Assembly: GCA_951406725.2 (NCBI GenBank)
Contig: OX597819.1
Span: 6,138,001 to 6,202,000 of the forward strand
DNA from: Octopus vulgaris
Taxonomy: Eukaryota
DNA length: 64,000 nucleotides
Direction: 5' to 3'
Position numbers and translations under genes: made by a program. The notes under the pieces are model-generated. The model did not search any database. It had not been told where the DNA came from and saw only the letters and a list, made by a program, of their open reading frames with translations. This document shows, piece after piece, positions 53,399 through 64,000 of this stretch; the stretch's first letter is position 1, and every line of letters starts with the position of its first letter.

Positions 53399-55069
53399 TT
53401 TATTTTATACTACTCATTCCCATCTATATAACTATCTATAGTGAATTTCTTGATCTTCCATGATCGAAATTGTTAAATAGGTCATATTATACTTTTCACC
53501 AGGTATCCTGTTATCTATTCTTCTCAGCGAGCTCAAACAAGGTATTTTGAAGTAAAATTTCCAACAGAGAAATCTACCTGAAATATGTTTCATCTCGGAT
53601 AGATATGATTCTTCAGTTGCACATTTTACGTCTACGATATAATACAACTTTGAATAGAGTCAACATCATGAGCCAATGAGCGAGCCTATTTGCTGCTGCT
53701 TAATCTGCTAGAAATATGTCAAATAGATTTCCATCCAAAGGAAATGGAGTTATTAAAGCTGAAGTATATTTGAAATTAAATTTACTGTACCCTGTCTGAC
53801 AAATCATATTTATAATATGTCTATATATAAAGTTCTGCAGGATCGGTGCTTACCGGTTTCCAAGAAATTAAAAAACCTGCTTCATTCTTGAACAATATAT
53901 TTTAGTCAATTTGACATCGTATGTTCTTTACTTATATTTTTATACATATTTTCATGATTTACAGGAGTAAAAAGGCGAAACGTTTTCTTTGTTTCCAGTA
54001 TAACTTGTGTGTCTATGATTTTATTAATATTAATATTGAATTTATTGACTTGATAAAGGTAAGACAAAAAATAATACTGGTTAAAAAGCCATAGGATTGG
54101 TCGATTATACATATATTTCCTGCATGCCTTCATTAACCTAAGATGAACGAAAACTTATTCGTAGCCTATGGATTTTCATACCATACGTAATCCGGCAATG
54201 AAGTAAAGTCTACTCAGTCGAGCGAGGCAGCCATTCATTCAGCGACTCATGCTCTTCCACTATAGGTGCATTGTGTTCATTGACAAGACACTTATCTCTC
54301 AACAGACCGATCCACCTAATTGTAAGAAGAGATGGAAAGCATTGTAAATTGATAAGTCTTTCGATGAAGCTACGTTTATGAGTTTCTGCAGCCATTAACG
54401 GATATCTATAATCCTGCATTGCCAACGAATGACACAAACAATCAACAAAAGAATATAAAATATATCTAATCTCTCAATTACATTGTGTCTATTATGGACT
54501 TGTACAAACTTTAGAATGGTCTCTTACACAGGAACATTGATTTTACATGATAATGTAGCATAAGAATTTTGGCATAAAGTGCTGATGAAGCAAAGACTTA
54601 AAAAGAATGTATAGTTCAGGTTATGGCTGCAGATTTTCTAAGATATCAAAGTTTCCGTCATTAAAACCAAAGTATATTCAATGAACTTTATCTTCAGTTT
54701 AATAGCTCACTAAATTATCCTCAATTCATTTCACATTGTATTGCAGTTCAACGTGAATTATATGCTTATTTATTAATCATGGAATAAGCCAGGTACGGCG
54801 CGCGATATATAGTTAATTAAAGTCGATGTCGGCGCACTTCAAAGTTTGATTTACTGCAAGAAACACTTCATACATTTGTCGCATTTCCTCAACTAATTGA
54901 ATCATTCAATGCATTTTACCGTTTTGAATCTACAAGAAAATTTTGCTTATGAGATTGCTTTTCAGCGTCACTGAACGGTGGCGAGTAGAAGGTAAGTTCG
55001 AAGTGAAATGGTGAAATGAGACCACCATTCAATTACGTTAAATATACACGCGCTATCATATACACATAC

Positions 55070-55169
55070 NNNNNNNNNNNNNNNNNNNNNNNNNNNNNNN
55101 NNNNNNNNNNNNNNNNNNNNNNNNNNNNNNNNNNNNNNNNNNNNNNNNNNNNNNNNNNNNNNNNNNNNN
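55070..55169. other. assembly gap (100 N)
   Basis: direct reading. Confidence 1.
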
Positions 55170-55536
55170 CGGTCATACTGCCTTGGTTCTCGCGGTTAAA
55201 ATATAATGTTTGCTAGATAGACCACGTGGGTGGAATGGGGAGTGCAGAATTTTACGCCTGCGCATTTTGAATTTGTTGACACTGTTTAGTTGGAGTGGTT
55301 CATCTGAAGCGACAAGTTCGCTGATAGATAAAGTTCCTTCTTTTTAGTGTTTCCAAATCCAAATTAAGAAAGTTTGAGCTGACGAAAGAAATGCTGATTT
55401 TATTTGGCTAATCTTGAAACGTTGACGTACTCAAACGATCTATGTACTTGTGATATTTTTCTGTATTTACCCCCAAACCTTCGTGAGATGTCTGGAGTAA
55501 ACATTATCTGAGAGAAATTTTCTTTAAGTTGTAGAA

Positions 55537-55590
55537 ATGCTAAGAAAATTTTTTTGGCTGCTATTTCTACTAAGTTCAGTATGTGGCAAA
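55537..55590 (+). CDS. candidate first coding exon encoding a signal peptide (MLRKFFWLLFLLSSVCGK)
   Basis: basic n-region, hydrophobic h-region, V-C-G cleavage-like site, then AAA|GTAATT donor; no downstream exon identified. Confidence 0.3.
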
Positions 55591-55611
55591 GTAATTTATT
55601 TTACTAAGCCC

Positions 55612-55705
<94 letters not shown>

Positions 55706-56441
55706 CATATTATATATATATATATATACATACATAATATATATATATATATGTTTATATGTATATATAAAACACACACACATACACACACATGCACACA
55801 CACGCACACGCACGCACACACACACAAATAATCTGCAACGCCAAGAAGTGAGTAGATATACCAATATGAAAAAAAATGTCGTCCATTGCATTTTTCTTAA
55901 GTAGAGGTTAGTCAATATTAGATCGGAGGAAACGAAGGGATTTGATTCGCTGAAAGTCAGCAGCAAAACTAAACCATCTGAAAAGACAAACCTAAGGGGA
56001 AGCTGAATGTTTATCTGTTAAATATATGTTTGTATATATATTAGGCATTTGAAAATTTGCATGTCAGAATATTGACTTCAATATTACTTTCTTTGATTCT
56101 AACACAATTTCGGATTCTTCCGAAAGTATTGCAGAACAGCATTGTTTTACTTTCCCGTACCTTTTCAACGATCAAGGTGAAAAATTCTTTACTTCTGTTT
56201 GCGATTCAACGGAGGCTGATCCATTTATCTTTATAAATCCAATACAATCCATGCATGAATCGAGATACAAACCAACGATATTTTATCTTCACTTGAAATA
56301 CTTTACAGTCAACTTCATGCTTCACGCATTCTTTAGCAATTCCTGTCTTCCGTTGAATTCATAAAGCTTATTCTTTTATTGTTATAATGTAGAATTCTTA
56401 CTAAAATTCTTCTAACTTGTAGACATATATGTATGTATGTA

Positions 56442-56853
56442 TACTCTTTTACTTTTTTCAGTCATTTCACAGTGGCCATGCTCGAACACCGCCTTTTTAG
56501 TCGAGCAAATCGACCCCAGGACTTATTCTTTGTAAGCCTAGTACTTTTTCTATCGGTCTCTCTTGCCGAACCGCTAAGTTACGAGGACGTAAACACACCA
56601 GCATTGGTTGTTGGGGCAACAAACACAGACACACTAACATACACACACACACATACACATACACACACACATGTATATATACATATATACGACGGGCTTC
56701 TTTCAGTTTCCGTCTACCAAATCCACTCACAAGGCTTTGGTCGGGCCGAGCCTATAGTAGAAGACACTTGCCCGAGGTGCCACGCAGTGGGACTGAACCC
56801 AGAACCATGTGGTTGGTAAGCAATCTACTTACCACACAGCCACTCCTACGCCT
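56442..56853 (-). mobile_element. SINE family B
   Basis: full-length reverse copy. Confidence 0.88.
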
Positions 56854-56856
56854 ATA

Positions 56857-56890
<34 letters not shown>

Positions 56891-56892
<2 letters not shown>

Positions 56893-57007
56893 GCCTGCTC
56901 GCTTAGCCAGCGGGGTGGCGTCATTCGAAGGCTAAAACAATGCGAACGCATTGTGACCAGCGATGTGTAGCAACATCTGATGGTCTGGTTGGTCACATGA
57001 TCACGTG

Positions 57008-57014
<7 letters not shown>
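56891..57014 (+). mobile_element. 5'-truncated SINE A2 tail inside (AT)n
   Basis: matches the reverse complement of ~23860-23965. Confidence 0.8.
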
Positions 57015-57059
<45 letters not shown>

Positions 57060-57109
57060 ATTGTTATCATATGCTACCTATTTGTAGTGTCATGATTTGT
57101 AGATAGGCT

Positions 57110-57400
57110 TATAGCCTATCTAAGTTATAGACTCACCATCCCATTCCTAAAGGAATTGGTAACTGCTAGATAGCACATCTTAAATCCTACACCCAGAAAA
57201 TGAGACACCGCAAACTCAACCCGATGTAACTGCAGCAGTGCCATAATGAAATGGTTTAATAATATGGGGGAGAAATCCAAAGACATATCCATCTCGTTTA
57301 ATGTTATAGCACGCTAGTCACCCATCTCTAAATATCTTCTCTTAAACATTTGGTAAAACATACATAAGACTTATAATAAGAGCGATAGAGTCATTTTACG
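57110..57400 (+). mobile_element. decayed Penelope-like RT fragment
   Basis: AIMKWFNNMGEKSKDISISFNVIAR*SPISKYLL resembles the PLE RT pattern VI.WF..I..K....FI.FDI..FYPSI...LL (recalled pattern). Confidence 0.5.
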
Positions 57401-57884
57401 TCACTTTCATCAAGATTAAGAAATACGGAAAGAATGCTTCGATGTATCTGTGTGCTTCGTGAAAGCAGAGATATTTAATTTGGTCGAATTATATATGTTG
57501 CACACTGAGGAATAGGTCGACGTGCCACAGAACTATACATAAAGAAGTGATACCATTCGAGATGTTAAGACTAACCGGGGAGCTGAACATTTATTTCTGT
57601 GAAGCTAGAAATATATATTCTAACCACTTCCGATTGCGGATACAATTCAACTGCAATGAAATTAATCGTAATTCCTCAAAGAATTATCTCCATATCTATA
57701 AATACTTGCAAACATTATTATAATACTCTTAATTCCCTTTTCACAACCAATTCCTTTTCAATGTTGTTCAATACTAAAAGTCTTCCCGTTAATGCGACAA
57801 AATATTGTTATTCCATTATTGATAGAATTCAGGATTATAGACGATACACACACTCACACACATACATGCGCACAGAAATACGTT

Positions 57885-57893
57885 GATAGATAA

Positions 57894-57968
<75 letters not shown>
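57885..57968. repeat. (GATA)n microsatellite
   Basis: direct reading. Confidence 0.95.
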
Positions 57969-58923
57969 TAAATAAAAGTTGGACTAAAGCGTATGCAACC
58001 ATGCAGTGTGAACTCGAATATACTGTTCATATGAAAACGTGTATTACTTGACAGGGTCTACCCTTTCGTATATTCCTATTATCCAAAATACGTTGGATCG
58101 AGCGAAGATTGAAAGAGAGATATGTTTATCGACATACACCCAAAAGCACGTATGTATGTATGTATGTATGTATGTATGTATGTATGTATGTACGTATGTA
58201 TGCAGTAATTCCTGTGTATCTGTCTTTGAGTGCTTTTATATATCTAAATAACTTAGTGTTTGCTATTCAAACCTGTTGTTTCTGATTAAATTTCAAAGAA
58301 TGTCAAAAAATCAAGTTGCTAGATAAGGGTAATGAGATTTATCTACTGAACAAAAACAAAATATATCTAATGTATTTTCTGAAAGAAATCAAGTCGCAGT
58401 TAACTGTATTTGAAAAGGGATTCATATTCTTGAAACACGTTATGATCAGACAGAAGTAAAACAAAAAAAGAAATATAAAAATAAAAAAATATGCATTTCC
58501 TATTTTGAAATCTGCTTCAACATATACGTTTAGATTCTGAGCAGCTTATCGTCTTAACAGGAGATAATCTAGCATAGGATTAGTAATTTGTTTCGTTAAA
58601 AGCATTGGTGCAAAGTGGATACGAAAATACGTAGCACACACTGACATAGCTAAATATATGTATGCATATGTGTGTGGTGTTGTGTTAGTGTATATGTGTG
58701 CAGTGAGGCTATGTGGGTCCATTCATATATACATACATAAACATTTCAAAACAATGATTCTTGCAAAGCTAGTCTTGTTTCCTGCACTTTTGAATTTGTC
58801 TGAGAGAATTATGCATGTACATACACAAACACAGATACACACATAAACACACACACACACATATGCACACACATACACACACACATATATACATATGTAT
58901 ATACATACATACACACACACACA

Positions 58924-59000
<77 letters not shown>

Positions 59001-59250
59001 TGCGCTCATATGTTTTAGAGACTTTGTGATCTGCTTCGCTTTTAACTATATTGTATTGAAGCCAGTTAAACCTTTTATTTTACAAGTTAAATTCAATACT
59101 TCTTTTTCTTTAGAAAGGGAATTCTGTTTATCGTTAGCGATATTTAGATTTAAATGTGACATGTCATATCTTTGTAGATATTTAATCACCATTCTCCATT
59201 ATCGTTTTTATTCAACTTAAAGTACAATCTTCTAATGTGTTGCCCTTTGC

Positions 59251-59816
59251 AAGGCGGCGAGCTGGCAGAAACGTTAGCACGCCGGGCGAAATGCTTAGTG
59301 GTATTTCGTCTGCCGCTACGTTCTGAGTTCAAATTCCGCCTAGTTTGGCTTTGCCTTTCATCCTTTTGGGGTCGATTAAATAAGTACCAATTATGCACTG
59401 GGGTCGATATAATCGACTTAATCCGTTTGTCTGTCCTTGTTTACCCCCTCTGTGTTTAGCCTCTTCTGGATAGTAAAGAAATAGAAATAGGTATTTCGTC
59501 TGTTTTTACATTCTGTGTTCAAATTCCACCGAGGTTGAATTTGCCTTTCATCCTTTCGGGGTCGATAAATTAAGTACCAGTTACGCACTGGGGTCGATGT
59601 ATACGACTTGATCCGTTTTTTCTGTCCTTGTTTGTCCTCTCTGTGGTTAGCCCCTTCTGGGTAGTAAAGAAATAGGTATTTCATCTGTTTTTGCGTTCTG
59701 TGTTCAAATTCCGCCGGGGTCTTTAAAATAAGAACCTTTTGCGTACTGGAGTCGATCTAATCGACTGGTCCCCTTCCCAAAAATTTCGGCCCGTGTGCCT
59801 AGAGTAAAAAAGAATT
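59251..59816 (+). mobile_element. SINE C trimer within one TSD pair
   Basis: TSD TGTTGCCCTTTGC at 59238-59250 and 59817-59829; units restart at 59491 and 59676. Confidence 0.88.
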
Positions 59817-60757
59817 TGTTGCCCTTTGCTTTGGTCTCTTTTTGTTGCAGTTTGCTCTGATTGTTCCCTTCTACTACTTTGTACTGTTAGATTTAGCAGA
59901 GTAAAAATAAACTACTGACCAATTCTCCTCCTACTACCCACTTTTAGCCCTGAATTCAGATTTCATTACTTTGGTTGAGCTTTTATTCCCTTATAAAATT
60001 ACTTTTTTTGCTTAGAGAAGATAACTCTATTGGGCGCTGTTCCTGTTTATATATCAAACGGCTAAACAGTGAACAATAAGACAAGAAGATCTTTTTCAAG
60101 GATAAAATCCACCCAGGATATCCCTATAAAACCTGTGAATCATTCAGCCAGGATATCAGTAACAACTCCCCCCGTACTTATTAGTTTATTTCGATTAGTG
60201 TTTTGTTGAATATTTTCTCCATTTCGCAATGTTTTAGCCAGTCTGTATATTGTGAAATATAGAAGAATAGTTATGCGGATGAAAGAGTAACGAATCAACA
60301 GAAAAGTTTCAAACACTTTTCTAAAATATATCATGATGCTCGACTTGCACTTACGAATTTCATTGTCTTGTTCACCCACTTAATGAAGGAGACGACGATT
60401 CCTTTTTAAATTTGCGAAGTGGTCAACATAACTACTTGAAAGTTCAGATAACTCTGCTCCTAACATTGGTCTTTTATTTAACTAAGTATTTTAGCTATAG
60501 GACATTTTTATATTAACCTAAAAGCCATAAAGGTAATTCTGAAAGATTCTTTGTTTCTTTTTTACGAATTAAGTATGCTGAGCAAGGAAAATATACTTTA
60601 TACATTTTGGACCGACCAAAAATTCGAGTGATTTTAATACGACTAATACTGCAGACTGATAAAACAAACGTAATCACATACATGTTTATATAAAATATTG
60701 GCATATGCTAGGTAGGCATAGGTAGTATATATTAATGAACGTTTGGCTCCAGTTTCA

Positions 60758-61635
60758 TCTCTCTCTATATAAAAGGCAGTTTGTCTGTCTGCGTGTCTGT
60801 GTGTCTGTTAGGTTGTACCCTCACCCTGACCACGGCTTTCAACCGATTCTGATGAAACTTGACACACACATAGCCCAATGTCATAATTCAAAACTGACGC
60901 AGCGAAAATTTTGAAAAGTTCCCCCAGATCTGAAAAAAATGGATAAATTCGACATGGGGTCGAGAATTAGAAACACAAACCACAGACTGTCTAGGGGACG
61001 CAACTCGACCTTTTTAACTCTCAACTCCTTCAATAGCCAGCTACTTGAAGCTATTCCTGGTAATGCCCACGTCTACAAATCTATCCTGTTGAATTCCTGA
61101 ATTCACTTGAACCCATTATGCTCATCAGGAATTTGGTTCCACCTAAACAGTGCAACGGCATACGTCTCGTTGTGAAACATTTGCCACCACATTTAATAAC
61201 GGCCACAATACTTACCGGTTGTGGGAAGGGAGAGGACGTCTTCATTCCACGCATGCACCTTCAACCATCGGGCGCTGACCTACAAATCCACTTCAGGCGT
61301 TCTCAGTTTCCTGTTAAACTCTGCTTCGCAATGTTTATCAATAAATCCCAAGGCCAAACGCTACAAGTCGCTGGGTTACAGTTGGGCGAACAGTGCTTCG
61401 CCCACGGTCAACACTACGTGGGCTGTTCACGCGTTGGGAGGCGCAATGATGTTTTCATGTTTTCGCCCAAAGGGACAGCTAGGAACATCGTATACACAGA
61501 AGTATTCGAGTGAAGAGAAGACATTGCAACCTACACATGCGCCTTCGTTCCCTAGAGGGAAAGGACTAGATTAGGATTAGTCGTTGCCTACTAGGGGCTC
61601 TTACATACCCGGGCAACGCCGTGCTATGCTGCTAG
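60758..61635 (+). mobile_element. non-autonomous Helitron with both termini
   Basis: A|TC..TCTATATAAAA 5' end; 3' CCCGGGCAACGCCG hairpin remnant then CTAG|T; internal PIF1 helicase fragment. Confidence 0.88.
61118..61513 (+). pseudogene. C-terminal fragment of Helitron PIF1-like helicase (131 aa)
   Basis: MLIRNL..CNGIRL, VFIPR, FRRSQFPVKLCFAMFINKSQGQTL, CFAHGQHYVGCSRV, NIVYTEV. Confidence 0.9.
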
Positions 61636-63263
61636 TTTAATATAAGTCAAGGCTAGTGATACAGTTTATGTGGTCATAAGTAGTGAAAGATTCTGCTTGT
61701 CTAATTAGTATGTTCTGATTTCATGATGTCACAGGACAATTTAATCATCTAACACCAACACAGCTTCTATTCAGAACTGATCAGGTACGTTTCACAAATT
61801 CATGTCACTTCATTATAAATTATTTCCGTATGAATTTAAATACATAATAACTATATATTTTTTCTTAAACGTAATCATAAGTTTGTAACTGATTAATTAG
61901 ACTATAGTTTAAGTAAATTTCCGTTTATTTTCTGGTTTCTAAATCGCCTACTGTCGCTTAAGCCGTTGTGATAACTCAATTGCGAGCATTGAAAATTGTT
62001 ATCAAAGTTTTAATATATCACGCGTCTCATATGTTTTTGTTCGTACCTTGTCGAGTTTGCATTAATACAACAAGAAAATACTAATTGCTGAAAATAAAGT
62101 TTTAAGTGAATAGTGAATAGCTACTTGTAAATTATTGGTGTCTCAGCACTTCTGAATTTTGGGTATGGTAGTGTAAACATTCAGTCATTTAACAATTTTA
62201 CCAAAAGAATCAATAAATTATTATTTCAATGGACTGGAATTACAAAGAAGATAATTTTTTAAAACTTAGAACGGAATAAGATTAGAATACACCACTGCTA
62301 TTCCAAAACACGATCCATTATTTAGTCAATCAACCTTCTAGAAATAGCTTCCACATCTTCACCTCAACACACGCAGAAGTTTTGAAAAAAGGGAAGTGTA
62401 CAGTAAATGACGTATTTCTAAATATGCATTGACAAACAGGACAGCCCTGACTGGAACGCTGTTTCTTATTTGTCTGTTCTATTGCAACGACGTAGATCTT
62501 GAAATTGTAAAGCCTCTAATTTCATTGATTCCACTTTCGGGTAAAAGCAAACTAAAGCCAACAAAACTACGTAGAACTATATCAGAAGCACAAACAGATG
62601 GCTATCAATATCTACTCTGACGGATTTCTAGTTAGGTTCAATATATAAAAATTTTCCATTCTACCAAATCATTTATATAATATTTCGTTAAACCCGTGGA
62701 GAGCAACCATTTAAAGAGAATACTGATAATATCACCTCTTATTGAAATTTACACACTTCTCATACATGAAGTTTCTCATAACCATCAGTAACAGAAGAAA
62801 TTTGTGGGAAGCTTGAGGTCTTATGGTGCAGACATAAACGTTAGTTTTACAGATGTCCTAAACACATCAATTTGCCATTAACTTCATAGGCCTAGAAATG
62901 TATGAATTGTAGCGCTGGACAGGTGGAATGGATAGACGAGCAAGTATATATTAAGGGAAATACGTAACCATATGACATATGGTCGGTGTATAAATACGAT
63001 AAATATTGATAGGAAAAGTAATTTCATATGGTGTTTTCAACTTTTGTATTTCTTTAAACGTTAGAACCGGTCGACGATCAATACACCGAAATAATGATTG
63101 CAGACTTATTGTCGATAAAAAGTGAAAATTTATGTTTCCACCTATATTAAGCCATACATAAATAAACATCGCATATAAATATGTCTCTATGTGTGCGTAA
63201 ATACATACATATGTGCATGTGTATGTGAGTGTGTGTGTGTGAGTTTCTCTCTCTCACTCTCTT

Positions 63264-63307
<44 letters not shown>

Positions 63308-63310
<3 letters not shown>

Positions 63311-63711
63311 TTACTCTTTTACTCTTTTACTTGTTTCAGTCATTTGACTGCGGCCATGCTTGAGCACCGCCTTTAATCGAGCAACTCGAACCCGGGACTT
63401 ATTCTTTTGTAAGCCCAGTACTTATTCTATCGGTCTCTTTTGCCGAACCGCTAAGTGACGGGGACATAAACACACCAGTATCAGTTGTCAAGCAATGCTA
63501 GTGGGACAAACACAGACACACAAACAAACACACATACATATATATATACATATATACGACAGGCTTCTTTCAGTTTCCGTCTACCAAATCCACTCACAAG
63601 GCATTGGTCAGCCCGGGACTATAGCAGAAGACACTTGCCCAAGATGCCATGCAGTTGGACTGAACCCGGAACCATGTGGTTGGTTAGCAAGCTATTTACC
63701 ACTCCTGCGCC
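63308..63711 (-). mobile_element. SINE family B
   Basis: full-length reverse copy. Confidence 0.9.
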
Positions 63712-64000
63712 ATATATATATATATATATATACATATGCAAACACACATTATTCTTTTACTAGCTTTAGCCATTCAACTGGGGATAAGTGAGTACAATGC
63801 ATGTAAAAGGTTAGTCGATCAAAGGATCCTAGCACATATTTTTATGCCTGGATCTTATAATTTTTTACGATGTACACTTCAGCAACCATTACATTTTGCA
63901 TCCGAACCAGCCTAAATGTACCAAGAATAAATATGAAAATAACCGTTTTAGGCCCCGCTGTACGCGATGGAATTAACGATTTACATCGATTGTCAGATAT

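Noticed and set aside
59251-59816. CRISPR-like repeat array
   Set aside because: Units are ~190-bp SINE bodies without unique spacers, the context is eukaryotic and there are no cas genes.

Overview
This is AT-rich, microsatellite-dense eukaryotic DNA. The SINE repertoire points to a coleoid cephalopod, most likely Octopus (inference from recalled repeat families). No intact host protein-coding gene is demonstrable, and almost all ORFs in the track are microsatellite or SINE translation artefacts. The window holds three abundant tRNA-derived SINE families (called A, B and C here) plus tail variants, two long decayed CR1-group LINEs, RTE LINE fragments, Penelope-like remnants with hammerhead-ribozyme-like cores, a mariner remnant, a non-autonomous Helitron with both ends, and a 100-N gap. 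The standout is a 2.1-kb element (20198-22311) bounded by a perfect 15-bp target-site duplication inside the tRNA-like head of a SINE. It encodes only a gag/ORF1-like protein (RRM-like region, CCHC knuckle, basic NLS-like patch, unknown acidic C-terminal domain), with no endonuclease or RT, i.e. an ORF1-only (HAL1-like) Tx1/L1-type retroelement. Other notable signals are SINE-LINE tail pairings visible within the window, a TSD-bounded SINE trimer restarting at one internal site, three short locally templated insertions, a chimeric SINE, a 62-bp perfect palindrome and candidate micro-exons.
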